A DNA stretch of 64,000 bases from Acanthaster planci (GCF_001949145.1 NW_019091355.1:804083-868082), one strand, 5' to 3'; shown: positions 36,236 through 49,908, counted from the stretch's first letter. Translations and numbers: made by a program. The notes: generated by a model from the sequence alone, not told the origin.

Positions 36236-39200
36236 CTAGCAATCTGGGCTTGACAGCACTTCCACTGACACCTCACAGAGTTGCAGTGTAGCGGTCCCCG
36301 GGATGTCGACGCTCACGTAGCGCGCCCTCAACGGTCGGTCACATTTAATCTCAATGGTCCCACCCAATGGCTCGGCTTGTGTGGCAGTGATTGGTGCCCC
36401 GCATGCCTGGTTCGCGGTGACAGTCTCGGATGTCCCAGCACGAACCATGGCATTTTGCAGACGTTCACCTGCGCACAAAAAAAGAATGTAGTGCTATGGT
36501 AAGAAAAGCTTGAGTGATCAAATTTTAGAGCGCATTGAGCTTCACATTTGATAGTTTTACTGGCTAGTTTTCATTTCTCTGAACATATTCCATTCGTAAA
36601 TACTTTGTGAAATTGTTTCAGTATCACTATTTGTCGAAAAAGGTCATTTTACATGGCAAAAACAAAACAGGTTGGTACAGTTGAAGTTTTGGGCTGTTCT
36701 GGAGAAGAATTTGTCTCCGTCAATTAACGAGATTCTTAGAGCATTTTCCCAGTCTTTAATGGAAGGGTGGTAGTTTAGTATAAAAAAAAAGAAACAAGTA
36801 GCACAACAACTTTGGGTCTTTATTCTAGTGCATGAAAATAAATAAATTAAGTATCCCCTCTAAATTCAAAGTATTTTGACATACTTACTGCAACAGTCAC
36901 CTCGGTTCAAGATGGTTACCTTGGTAACGCACTGCTCCCCACCAAGATCGACTTTCCACCAAGGGTGGTTCGAGTCAGTAGCTGATGAAGAAAAATGCAG
37001 TAGAATGTGTCACTTAATTTTCCCGAGAAATAATTCTGTTGATAGATTGCTATTGCCGTTGTACTTGGACGTACTCTAAAGTTGGAATGTGTTGTTATCA
37101 GACTTCATTGCCTTACGGTTAGTATTTGTCCAGCTTTAAATAAGACATCTCCAATTCTTCTTCCATGAATGCGACTTTGATTCATTTTTGGGAAGACACT
37201 TGACACTTTTCTTTCTTATGTATTTTGGCTCACATCCGTTTTAGCTCCATTGCCCTATAAAGATGGTTTTGATGGGACTTGTATTTCTTCGCGACATAGA
37301 ACTGGATATAGGCCTAGACATTTACCGAGCTATTACTAAAAAGTTAAAGGAGAGTCTACGGGCTGCTTGAACCCAGGATTTAACAATATCACCGATGGTT
37401 CCCGTATAATGCAAGTGTAATTTCCATTATAAACAGTCTTCCACACCTAGAGGAGATATCATCTTACCAGTGTGCGAGCAGTGCCTGGCGGGGTACAAGA
37501 TTGCAGATGAACTCCCGTCCACTGCCAAGTCTGCTGTATAACGCGCACTGTGCGTTGTGCTCTGCTCTGCTGGTTTGCCAACGATGCTGAACGGCTGGGG
37601 ATCTGTCAACAAATTCAATGATAACACGACTGTCACTGCCTAATATTTGGACGATTTGGATCAACGTTGGAGCGTTTTTAATCATAACTTACCAGGACAT
37701 TGTTCTAGAGGAATCTCCTCCAGTGTAACCTCGCAAAGTGCTAGGGTGGCTGACCCAGGGATATCAACGCTGACGTAGCGCCCTTTCAGTGCGGGCTGGC
37801 AAGTGAACTCGATGGTACCACCCAGTGGTGCTGCTTGCGCAGCGGTTACAAATGAGCCACAGGCCCAGTTCTCTGTGGCAGTGACGCTGGGACCAACACG
37901 GACAACAGCACCCTCTAAACGCTTGCCTGCCAATGGAAATTCGGACAGTTTTGTTGAAATTATCGTTGTGTTTGTAGTTATTTTTGTAGTTTAGTTTGCT
38001 GGCGTTTTTCTCTGGTTACGGTGGATGACATGGTGATATTGAAATAGTTGTATTTGGGATGGTTGTGGAGTTACTACTCCAGTTTTTCTACATATGCTAC
38101 ATAACTGTTCTTTCTGGAATGTTTCTCTTTTGTATAACCCAAGTTTGAGAAGTTTTCTGGAATTCCAAAACTTCTGTTTACTCAAAAAAGATCATTTGGC
38201 GATGTTGGTACCCTTTGCTACGACGGAAAACACCCCCTTGACTCTCCTTTCCCCAACCCATTGGCTGCAGGTTACACTTGGCTAGCATTTCGGTTTAATG
38301 TACATAATATGTTACTATATATCTAGTAGGCCTCACCATACATGTACTAGGAATCATCTAGGTTTCTGACTTACTGCAGCAGTCACCACGGTTCAGAATG
38401 TGGACTTTGCTGATACAGTGCTCGCCCCCAAGGTCCACCATCCACCACGGATCCCTGGCACAAGCAACTAAGTGGACAAACAAACAGAACAGACGGGTGC
38501 TCAAGAAGTTAAAAGTGTCTCACTAAATATTTCAGCTGGGAGCTGCTCGTGCCAAGGCCTTTTCCTGATCAAAATGGAACATTGTAGAGATGGAAATGGT
38601 GTTTAAACGGGAAACCCTGACACACAGAAGTGTTACCTACTGGTATGCGAGCAGTGCTCCGAGGGGTACAAATCGGAGGACGAGCTGCCATCAACTGCCT
38701 TATCTGACGAGTAGGCGCCATAAGTTGAACTCTGCCAGGTGATCTTGTCCACAATTGGGAGGTTTGTGGAGCCTTAACGAAGCAAAACAGACAAAATTAA
38801 AATTGGTAATGGCTAGGTAAAAGCAAACGAAGCAAAAGGGTAGCGAGATCAACAAAAACAGCAGGACTACCGGTACCTCTATTTTGATAAATGCTTTAAA
38901 CCTCTAACGCCCCTTTCAGATCTTGGCCGCACAAAATAATGAATCTAATATGAGCGTAAGCACTTTTATGCTTTGTCCACCCACAAGGTTTCAGTCTAGC
39001 CAGATAAACTATTGTTCAAATTTACCATTTTAAGCTTGTCAGTAAGATTGCATACATTAGTAACCCTTTTCAATCAAATGTAAACGCACGCATGTGCACC
39101 CTATTGCATAGTTGGATATGAAAAGCGAAGCTGAAAACTGCTTATCAGTAGACACCATTTTATAGGTTCTTTTGTAATTTCCTTGTTTACCTGCTCGAGT

Positions 39201-41753
39201 GATCATGGCTCATTGCAAATATGTTGATCGACATACCTCCTGACTTCTTGGATTCTTCAACCTCGTCCTTTAGAACACGCTCCAACAGGTCCAATTCATC
39301 CTGAAAATTCGTTCAAAGAGAAGACATGCCTTATAGAGCTCATCATGCGCTTAATTTACAAGTACACTGTGGTCTCTGACTAGCTAGTGTGGCACATGCG
39401 CATCGTCATGATTTTTCCGGGGGGAGGGGGGCGGAACCAAGCTCATGAGCAGCAAACTGGCCCAATCATTTGGCATGGAAGGGGGTCAATTCCGACGTTT
39501 TCTATCAATGTTGTGATTGTTAACCCCTTTCCTCTTGTTTATTTTTCCGACTTCCCAATAACCGATATGTATCATAAGCACTGAAAGGGGAGATATTTAA
39601 GAAAACAAACGGAAGCTACAATGACGCTGTTTTGATGTAAGGTTGAGGGAGGTAAGTATGCGTAAAAGATGTACATATGTATCATGATCAGTGGCCTTAG
39701 TGTCATACCGGTACGGAATACGGACGCTACAAATGTCAATGACGGGGCAAGTTTTTTTTTTATTAACGTAATCCCCCATTCCCCATCCCGCTGTTGTCCC
39801 TGGCACAAGATTACGCCACTGAAAAGCTCCTAATGCAGATCACCGCTAAATACTGAAAGAAGAACACTTTCAGTATTAGTTCTTTGAGGAAGCTCTTAGG
39901 TGGATGAAGGTAAGGTCATGTCGCCCGGAAAGCCTGTCAGCCAGTTTGCTGTACTACAGTACACCTGGGATAAGTTGGATCAAACAGAATCGATCGATTT
40001 TATCCGATTTTAGCTAAGCTCTGACATACGCAGAGACGATTTGCCTGCATCACACACCGGTCAACAATTCTCAGTATGAAAAAAGTAACACCGCTACGGT
40101 TCTAGTAACATTAAAACATCTTGTTTTCTATCAATACTACATGCATTAGCAGAAAAGTGAAGCATGTTTCATCGATTATGCCACACGTGTTTGAGCCACG
40201 AACGTCCCCATTCTTCAAAAAAGTCATAGTACACTTCTGTACTTAGCTCACCCACTACCTTATCCACAAACATGCACCAAAATGATTGACTTGAACAGCA
40301 AGATTCCTGCAAATCTCCGTACGGACTGGAAGGACTGTACGAAAACATCATTTTTCGTCCATAGGGCAGAAACGAGGAAAGACATACGGGACTTGAGCTG
40401 TGTTGATTGATTTGTCAGATAAGCGACAATCCAACCTTAGGCGATCCGACCAAGGGAAACATTTTTATCAGGAACAAGTGATGCACAAAACATGGTAGAG
40501 CGATTTTCTCTGAGGTTCTGAGTGACAATCCAATTTAAACGAATCCCACACCCGAGGTTTACAGGCCATTGAACTTCCTGACCGTAAAAGTAGTGTATTA
40601 ATCCTTGCGATTCCCACGAAAGCAAGGCTAAGCTTTTTTCATTTGGTTCTTTTAAAAATTTACCATCAGTTTACTATTGGAGCGTCATGCTTTACAAGGA
40701 TAATTTTTGTCGCATCTGATTGAGAATGCGTTTTGGAAGTTGAATAGTGACCTTCCTAGTCTGTAGTATTTCCAATTAGTTACATAATACCACCTTGAAA
40801 TCGAATTTTTCCTTTTCAAGTTGGAAAGATTTATTTTCTTGATCTTTCTCTGGTTAGCAAGTGGCGGACAACCTTTTCAGAAAATTTATCCTTGGTTGGT
40901 AAGGGAGCCAAAGGTTTTATTACCTTCTCGTCAATTGTAAAATAGGAATAGATTTTGTGCCTATGAGAACTTAACTGCGAAAGACGGATTTCACTTTTAC
41001 ATCCTGGTTTTGAATATCCCTACAATTTATTCCAATCAACGGGTTCTTTTTTGAAATTCTACTTTGTGCTCCAATATACATGTATGCTTTTGAATGAACT
41101 TACCACTTACTTGCTCTACCGGTAAAACTGAAGTTTTTGGTTTGAAACTTTTAATTTGGTACGTAACTGTATGAGACTGTAGCTAATTTCTATCAAATAA
41201 ACGTTCGTACACTAGATATGGGATCTTCAAAGTATAATGAAGTGTAATATCCCGCTCAGGCATTGTGTGGTTAGCAAGACAGTAAAACTGGATTTTAAAA
41301 ATGGGACAATAAAAGTCGCTTTTTTTCCTGAGGTAGATAATAGAGTTTTACAACCTTTCCACTTTCTGGAATATGGGCGATTTATAACAGTGCGCCTCCA
41401 AGAGTTTGAAACGCGTTGACCAATCACAGTGCGCGAAATCTGTCGACCCAGTGCGCGTTTGGAAAGGGTGGACAGATTTCACGCATTGTGATTGGTCAAC
41501 GCGTTGCAAACTCTTGGAGACGCACTCTTGTGAAATGAGCGAAGAAACACAGGCGGCATCCTGGTCTAGAGCTACGTTTAGGTCTTCGCTCCAGTAGAAA
41601 TGCATGGAGACGCGCAAACAATAGACCTAGCCGTAGCTCTGGAAGCCCGTTTTGGACACGGCCACAATTTGAACTCACCTCATTCCAGGCGGTGGTCATC
41701 TGGAAGCCCACGAGTCCCAACACCAAGACAACAGCAGCTAGCGATCTCAACAT
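36236..41753 (-). CDS. F-type lectin (fucolectin) copy 1: signal peptide, short acidic segment and two FTL domains; 8 exons, ~352 aa
   Basis: Exons 41753-41679, 39300-39237, 38772-38641, 38467-38375, 37926-37693, 37602-37468, 36981-36889, 36468-36236; 1059 nt in frame. Each domain has QSS/QST..AVDG, CSHT, PWW.VDLG, NRGDCC..RL (the H-x26-R-x-D-x4-R fucose-binding motif), GRYV/ARYV and L.LCEV. Confidence 0.9.
41389..41526. mobile_element. Foldback/MITE hairpin (~60-bp arms) in lectin 1 intron 1
   Basis: AGTGCGCCTCCAAGAGTTTG..GACCAATCACA..AAATCTGTC.ACCC is inverted at 41467-41526 with few mismatches. Confidence 0.75.
41566..41643. repeat. Second short inverted-repeat insertion in lectin 1 intron 1
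   Basis: TCTAGAGCTACGTTTAGGTCT / AGACCTAGCCGTAGCTCTGGA; absent from the equivalent intron position in copy 3. Confidence 0.6.
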
Positions 41754-43347
41754 TCTTCTTTCGACTTTGGAAACTTGTCAGAGAGAGTCAATAGGCCTGA
41801 CCTGAGCAAACACCCTCAACTTTTGCGAACACGAGCGAAGCAAGCCACTAGACCGGGTGAGTAGCCTGATGCAAGACCTTTATAAGCAAAACGTTTGCAT
41901 CCCATAATATCTTGCATAAAGCTGCCGATTAAATTACACGTCATTTTGGTCCGGTAAGCTAATCCCTTTCACCTGATTGTATGAAGACAGAAACCGTTCG
42001 GTTCCACTGAAGCGTGACTCCCTGATCGGTTCGAACCGGTGACTCGGTGTTTAAATAATTACGCAACACACAGTATGCCCTAAAACGTGTCATTCTAACT
42101 TAAAAGTTCAACGGCTTTCCACAGTGAAAACAAAGTCCCAGTCATAAGTTACCCGAGAATTGGAGGCTGCTAGAAGGTTGCTGCAACAGGAAATTGGAAC
42201 TGTTTGAAGAGAATACAACGTCTTATCCAGTTGCCTGTCGTACTAGTCAGAGATTCGTCCATAGTAAGTGTCTGTCAGCACACAGGTCCATACGGCGACA
42301 CTTATGGTCGAGCTGCTAAATACCATCGTGGACACAATCAACGAGCACTTAAAACATCACTGTTCCCTTTGTCATTTTCAGTTTAATAGTACGGCTTACA
42401 CAGGTGTAAATAATCATTCAATTCGATGTCAGCAGAACCATGAAGCCTATAGTACCGGTAAACTTCATGTCGAAGTAAAGAAGTCGCTTTGTACGGCGAC
42501 CTGAAAGGGTGCGACTTGGCCAAAAAGAAACGATTTTAAGCAATTGTTAACTGTTTGGTTCGAACTAATAAGTCTTGTTTAATTTAACAGTTTCAATAAA
42601 GTATGAAAAGCTGAATTCAAGCGTAAGCTTCCCCCAATTAAACTCACTGTTAATTTTGACATGTCGGTGAGTTGCCTGTTGCTTCAAACTTAATTGGCCT
42701 GTTTCATGAAGCACGCGGCCGCTCTTCTCACGTTCATGCGTATTTAGAAAAGGAAAATGACTACAAAAATGATATCACATGTAAACCGAAGCCTTTATTA
42801 CTTATGAAAAAAAGAACTAAAAGCCAAACTTAAAAGAATATTGGAGTACTTATACCAACCGTTCACTGTTAGAAAATTGGACTCCCACCTATTTATTTCT
42901 TTCAACAGCCTTAAACTGTAAACTATGTGAAAAAGAAAAAAGAAAGAAATAAACAGCCCAACTCATACACCCCAACAAACCAAACCAAACAAACACAGCA
43001 GATATCTCCCTCGTAACTTCTTGACGGTTATTGGGAATTATCAACGATTGTACTCCTCCTCAAAAATGCTTGCCTTAAGTTGACTGTGCTTGTGGTCAAA
43101 TATTTCCTACTATTCAGTTCTTTTCAGATCGACCATTCACATTTGTTGTCCTCTTTGTTGACGTCCTTCGCTTACTAAAATTTCACTATGAGGATTTTTT
43201 TCAACAAAGCGGTTTTAATCTGAATAAATTCTATCTAGCCCCAAAAAGAAAAACAGAAATTTGGAAATCAAAAAGACTTGAACGTTATTTGAAGATTCCT
43301 CATATAGTCCATTATTGTCATATAGGACCGTGTCAATCAGGAATAAA

Positions 43348-46300
43348 CTAGCAATCTGGACTTGACAGCACTTCCACTGACACCTCACAGAGTTGCAGTG
43401 TAGCGGTTCCTGGGATGTCGACACTCACGTAGCGCGCCCTCAACGGTCGGTCACATTTAATATTGATGGTCCCGCCCAATGGCTGGGCTTGGTTGGCAGT
43501 GATTGGTGCCCCGCATGCCTGGTTCGCGGTGGCAGTCTCGGATGTCCCAGCACGAACAATGGCATTTTGCAGACGTTCACCTGCGCACAAGAGAAGAATA
43601 TAGTACTATGGCAAGATAAGCTTATGTGGTCAAATTTTAAAGCTCATTCATCTTCATATTTCTGAACTTTTTCTCTAATTTGCCTGAATACGTTACCTTG
43701 AAAATTCACTGTTTGAGTTCTTTACTAAAAAGGGTAATCTTAAAGAGACCAAACAGTTTGGCATGAAGTTTTTTGTTAATACAAGAAATAATTTAGTTTC
43801 ATTAACAGGGCTATTTGGATAACTTTCGGAACAGCCTTCAATGGAACTTTTGTAGTCTCGTAGAAAAAGGCAAACTAGCAGGTCGTTTGTTAAGAAGCAC
43901 AGAAGCCATGATTCATGGCATGAAAAGAAACTATTCTGTGAAAAGAAGGTATTATTGGGTACCTTCTTAAATTCAAAGTATAATTTGAAAAACTTACTGC
44001 AACAATCACCACGGTTCAGGATGGTTACTTTGGTAATGCAGTGCTCTCCACCAAGATCGACTTTCCACCAAGGGTGCTCCGATTTGAAAGCTAATGAAAG
44101 AAGTGCAGTTGATACGTTAATCCTCCTGGGAAGAAAACTTTCATTGATTATGAAATTGGAGAAATATCTTTTGGGGTGTGTGTTATCGGGAAAAATGTTA
44201 CCTAACTCTTGCATGATATCACATTCTGTTCTTCAAATGGTCATAATTAGCAATACATGCAACTTGAACTGTAATTTTAGGAAGACATGTTGGTTTTTCT
44301 TTCTTTTGTATTTTGGTTTGTAAACTCTTCCCGTGTGCCTTACCGGTGTGCGAGCAGTGGCTGATGATTGAAGATGAACTCCCGTCCACTGCCTTGTTGG
44401 CAGTAAATCGCTTATCGTACGTTGTGCTCTGCTCTGCTGGTTTGCCAACGATATCGAACGGTTGGGAATCTGCCAAGAAGTTAAGTAAGAAATTGACGAC
44501 AGGGTTCTCCTTCATGATTTTTTGACAATTTGGATCAAAGTTACAGTTCTGGATACGGAACCCAAAGTGGAGCCTTTTAAAACATAACTTACCAGGACAT
44601 TGGCCCTGCGGAATCTCTTCCAATGTAACCTCACAAAGTTGCAGGGTGGCTGACCCAGGGATATCAACGCTGACGTAGCGCCCTTTCAGTGCGGGCTGGC
44701 AAGTGAACTCGATGGTACCACCCAGTGGTGCAGCTTGCGCAGCGGTTACTGGTGAGCCACATGCCCAGTTCTCTGTGGCGGTGACGCTGGGCCCAATGCG
44801 GACAACAGCGCCCTCTAAACGCTTGCCTGCCAATGGAAATTCAACCTGCAATATTATAATTGCCCTTTGGTTGTTCAAGTTGTGCGTCTTGTTTAGTTTG
44901 CTGTCGTTGCTTTTTTCTGATTGCAGTTGATGACGTGGTAATATTGATGTAGCCTACTGGTATTGTTAAATATATAGCAAAGATTAAGATATATTTTGTT
45001 CGTGACATTTTGTACATGTACATCTGTTATTACAAGTGGTCCAAAGAATCCCCAAAGCCTAGAGGTTTCCTGTAATTCCAAAACTCCTATATACTGAAAC
45101 AAAGATTTTTCGGCGATATTGGCACCAAATTTTACAATGGTTGACGACGCCAAGCATTCAATTTCCCAACCCTTCGGCAGGGTATTTACTGTGCCACTTT
45201 GGTAGAATCTCGGTGTCATGTCATTATGGTAATCATACTTAGTAATCAGACTGTCTAGGTTCCTGACTTACTGCAGCAGTCACCACGGTTCAAAATGCGG
45301 ACTTGTGTGATGCAGTGGTTGCTCCCGAGATCCACCATCCACCACGGGTTCTTAGCATTAGTAACTAAGCGGGCAAACAAGCAAAACAGACTGGCGCTTA
45401 AGAAATAAGAAACTCTCATCGTAAACTTTTCAGACGACAGCAGTTGATACTTAATTTTTCCTGTTCAAAATGGACTACGACCTAAGAAATGGCAAGAGAA
45501 AGCGAACAGGAGATATACTTTTTTACTTCCAGTTGTGTAGGCTACACTTTCTGCAGTGCATGTTTGTTTGGGATATCACATATAGCAAATTCTTGGGTTG
45601 ACTGGCCCTACAATGGCATCTTGAGAGGATTATTTCAAACTGCAGACGCCCAGCACATACACGCCACTGAGGTCCATGCGGTTTCTGTGCATGATGACGT
45701 TGGGGAGAAGGTGTTTATTTCGAAGGGCCCACCAGACAAAGTGTGACCTACTGGTATGCGAGCAGTGCTGTGATGGGTACAGATTGGAGGACGAGCTGCC
45801 ATCAACTGCCTTATTTGATGAGTATGCACCCAATGTTGAGCTCTGCCAAGTGATCTTGCCCACAATTGGGAGGTTTGTGGAGCCTAAAGAAAACAAATCA
45901 AAATCTTAAACCATAAAACAAAGATGAACGACGAATGTGTTTGGAAACTGACGGCTAACCAGCCTTGTTGCAGTTTTAATCTTTGAATAAAGCAAAAGGC
46001 CTGCGAGGCAGGCATTGCTGCTTTTTTCTGTTGTGTTTGATAATTCACTCATGCCTTTTAACCTCTCAAAGCCCTTTTAGAAAGACACTTTCATCCTACA
46101 TGTCCTATCTTTGTCCATAAGGCTTTACACTAACCAAAGAAACCATCAGTAAAAGTTTCCATTATCACTGGTCTTGCAAGTAAGATTGTGTTCTTCATCA
46201 GATTACCCCTTTATGAACTCAAGAGCACTTTTCCACATAGGATATGAAAAACAATCGCCAAAAATCTCATCAGAAAGAGGACTTGCGTTTCATATGTTCA

Positions 46301-49300
46301 TTTATAGTTTTCTTGTTTACCTGCTCAAGTGATCAAAAACTTGAAATCAAGTCGGTGATTGGCTGGGTGTGGTCCACCTTCCTCGGGATACAGACGCGGT
46401 GCGGTTCGGCGAGCAGTTTAATAACACGCGGGAACGGTCAGTGCAATCTCGATCCCCAATATGCATGTCCGACAGCGCCCACTTACCGACCTGAACAATA
46501 TGCAAGCCCTTTTGTGCACAACGTATGGGGCTTAATTGCTACCAAAATTGGAAGGAGCACTCTTATTGGCTAAGAATCCCGCAATATAAATATTTATTTA
46601 AGGAGCAGTTTGATTGGTCAGTTAAACGCTTATTAACAACTGCAGTCTCGTTCATTAAAGAGGGTGTTTACATTATCGTAAAAAGATGATTCGCCATAAA
46701 GCGTTGATTCTCTTACCAGAAAAAGATAGTTGATAAATTTATTCTTGAATAGTTATGTATGCTTTGTCTCTAAGCGTCGTATTAAAAGGGATATTAATGC
46801 AAGATATGACAGAAACTAGTAGTAATCTATTGTAGACATCCCTATAAATAAATGGATGAGTCTGATCTGTAGCGTGAGCTACTATTGGCGTTCTACATGG
46901 AAATATATGAATCATGCAATTCAGTTGTTGCAACATGAATATATCCAGAATCAGGTTGATTTGGTGTACGATTTACGACACACATTTCTCTCTCTCTCTA
47001 GCCTCCGTCCACGCGACACAACTACACGACGCGACAGCACAACGACTCCCTTGCGGAGCAGAAAAAGCTAAAGCACCGTTGTGGCTGACATTGTGGCTGA
47101 TGTTATTTATTTCCTGGAGACAATGCTGAAAGTTGGTCGGGACGCTCTTTCTAATTACATATGATTACAAAAACAAATAAAAAAAATTTTCTTCAACAAT
47201 TCACTGTTAGTGAAAACAGAAAGTTAGAAAGAATGCATGGAAAAGAACAACAACAGAAACAAGGCTTTCTACCTATTCGCTCTTTGTACGCTGCCGCCAT
47301 AGGCATGCAGAGCCTCCATCTGACAGCTTTACGTAATGATTCCCGTGTATGTTGTTTAGTAATTTGGGGCATGCTGCGTTAGTTCCTCTACCATTTAACC
47401 ATACGATTGGACAATATTTCAAAAGCTACGTTGACGCGTTTCTGACACGATTGTAAAAGCTGCCAGTTCGAGACGCTGCATGCCCATGGCGGAGCAAACA
47501 GCATGCACTTTGCAAGCACGGAGGACGAAAAAAAGGTATAAAGGCGCCCTATATAAAACACCTTGAAGCAAAGGGCGACGGAACACAACTCGTCGCGTCG
47601 TACGTCGTGTCGTGCTTCAGGCGATGTAATACACGACACGACGCACGACTAGATATACGACGCGATGGGCGACGGCACGACGCGACGTTTGTGTACAAAC
47701 GTAATGGCAAGAAGGCGACAACGCGACCTGATGGCACGACGCAAGGGAGCCGTTGTGCCGTCGCGTCGTGTAGTTCGTCGCCTTGGAAGAGGCTAGAGAG
47801 AGGCAGAACTGTGTGTCGTAAAAAGTACACTATACTGAATAGCCCACGAGCAAGAGCAGAATCGGTGTGGCATGCTGGGTGACGTGAATCGCCGGCAAGA
47901 GTGAACGGGCTCTGCACTAATTGTAAAATGACGCAGCGTGTGGACCACAAACAAGACCGACTAACGACTTGATTTCAAGTCTAGAGTGATCATGGCTCAT
48001 TGCAAATACGTTGATACACATACATGCTGACTTCTTTGTCTCTGCAACCTCTTCCTTCAGAAAACGTTCGAGAAAGTCCAATCCATCCTGAAAAATTCGT
48101 TTAAAGAAAAAACTACATTGACCGCAGCGAGTAAAGAGCTCTTCTAACCAGTGTAAATTTTTGGGCTCTGTTGGCAATCCAAAATGAAGGACATTGTAGG
48201 TCACTCGAGAACAGCATGCAATGCGTGGGCGACGTTGACCCCATCGCGGTGTCCGCATGCCAACTAACACGTGTTGAGCAAGTTCAACCCTCAAGCTAAA
48301 AATCTGTATTAGGACATTTCTTTTATCGGCTTCCTTTTCATGGGTGGCTACGGTAACGTTTGCAGAAACATTACCCTCAGTCGGCTTGAGGTGTCAATAA
48401 AACCAGGCAAGGGGCATGGTGTAAATTTTTTACCGTTCCCAAATATTACTTATTCGTTCCCACAAATTACCCATTCGTTTGCATTGAATTACTTAGCTAT
48501 GTGCGATTTGTTGAAACGTTGTGGATTTCTTTTACTTTTTGCCGATCGTCAATAAGTTTGCCAACCACTCGTAAAGGTACAAGAATGTGACACGAAAGAT
48601 CAACTGAAAGACTCAATGATCTGATTGTCCAAGAATCAACTAGCGGCTGATAGCGGAGGAAGTCTCGCCGATCCAGAACTGTTGATTCGGACTTCATTTA
48701 GCATTGTGAGAAATTCTCCCGAGAATGCACCATGTGTCGAATACAGAATAGCTGAGATTGATATTTACACTTCTATATTCCACGTGACCTCGTTAATTTC
48801 AGGTGTTTCTTATACGGAAAACCCTTAACCCGGAAAATAGTCTTAAAAACAAAACAACAAAACAAAACACACTCACCAAAAACAAAAACAAAACAAAAAA
48901 TTAAACACAAAAAGTTGATAAATTCAAGGCAGAGTGCAGACAAATGCTTCTCTGGTTGGTAATACCTTTTGGTTACCAATCACGTTGTTTTCCTCCTTTG
49001 CCGCATTTTTTAACCTCGTTATGGAAATTGGGCCTGAATGGGCCGGTTTTAAACCTTTTTGTCGGAAAGGGGTGACATCTGTCCCTACACAAAATCTTGA
49101 CCGTGAACATAGGGATTGCGCTGAAACATCTGCGCTTTGCATATTTGTGCAAACTTGTGTCTGTAGATGGAAATCTTTTGAAAATGTAGATACAACTTTT
49201 TACTACCACTTTTTTGAAAATTAGTCGAGAATTATGCAAAGACAATTTTGGGGTGAAAAGTATTTATCTAGCTAATTTTATATACAATATAATTAATGTT

Positions 49301-49630
49301 TCTGTAAAAATCATCTTTTTCACTCATCACGTATGAACTTTTTGAATTCCTGCATAATTGTAAAATTATTTATTTAAATTCACACACATCGAGTGCATTA
49401 TCCCACACTGGCAATGTCAGTGGACGGTAAGGGAGAGCGATCATAAACTGGTTTTGATGTAGGCTCATTTTCATCAGCCTCTTTCTGTGATCGGAAATAA
49501 TGTTTACCAACCGTTCTTCCCTTTTGAAATCGAGCAGAGAAACATAGCCTGAACTTACCTCATTCCAGGCGTTGGTCATCTGGAAGCCCACGAGTCCCAA
49601 CACCAAGACAGCAGCCACTAGCGCTCGCAT
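43348..49630 (-). CDS. F-type lectin (fucolectin) copy 2, 8 exons, ~348 aa
   Basis: Exons 49630-49559, 48087-48024, 45883-45752, 45364-45272, 44826-44593, 44469-44344, 44090-43998, 43580-43348; 1047 nt in frame; both fucose-binding motifs intact. Confidence 0.9.
46336..47984. mobile_element. ~1.65-kb non-autonomous DNA transposon in lectin 2 intron 2, with an internal pair of ~85-bp inverted repeats
   Basis: TIRs ACTTGAAATCAAGTCG...GTGGTCCAC at both ends; duplicated target AGTGATCA at 46328-35 and 47985-92; empty site visible in copy 1 (~39198); inner inverted repeats at 46972-47056 and 47740-47823. Confidence 0.8.
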
Positions 49631-49908
49631 TATTGTTCAGTCGGCTTCAGAAACTTGCCTTAGACTTTAATGGCCGCGACGCAACAAATATACCTTTAAT
49701 TTTATTGAACACGAGCGAAGCAAGCCAGCAGAATGCGGGAGTGGCCCAATGCAGTGCATTAAAAAAAGAGTTTACATCCCATAATATTTTGCGTGAAGGA
49801 AATAGCACCGCTATCCAATGGCGCTGCATATAACATAACTGAACCAAGTACTATTATTGGCTTTTCCACAAATTTCGGAAAATGCATCAGTTTCATTTTA
49901 TTGTGAAG

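Noticed and set aside
39191..39236. Longer lectin exon 2 ending at AG|GTAAAC (..MSINIFAMSHDHSS)
   Set aside because: Gives phase 2, incompatible with the phase-1 next exon; the GTATGT donor keeps frame in all three copies.
47549..47950. Arg/Asp-rich ORFs on both strands
   Set aside because: By-product of CGACG-rich repeats inside the non-autonomous transposon.
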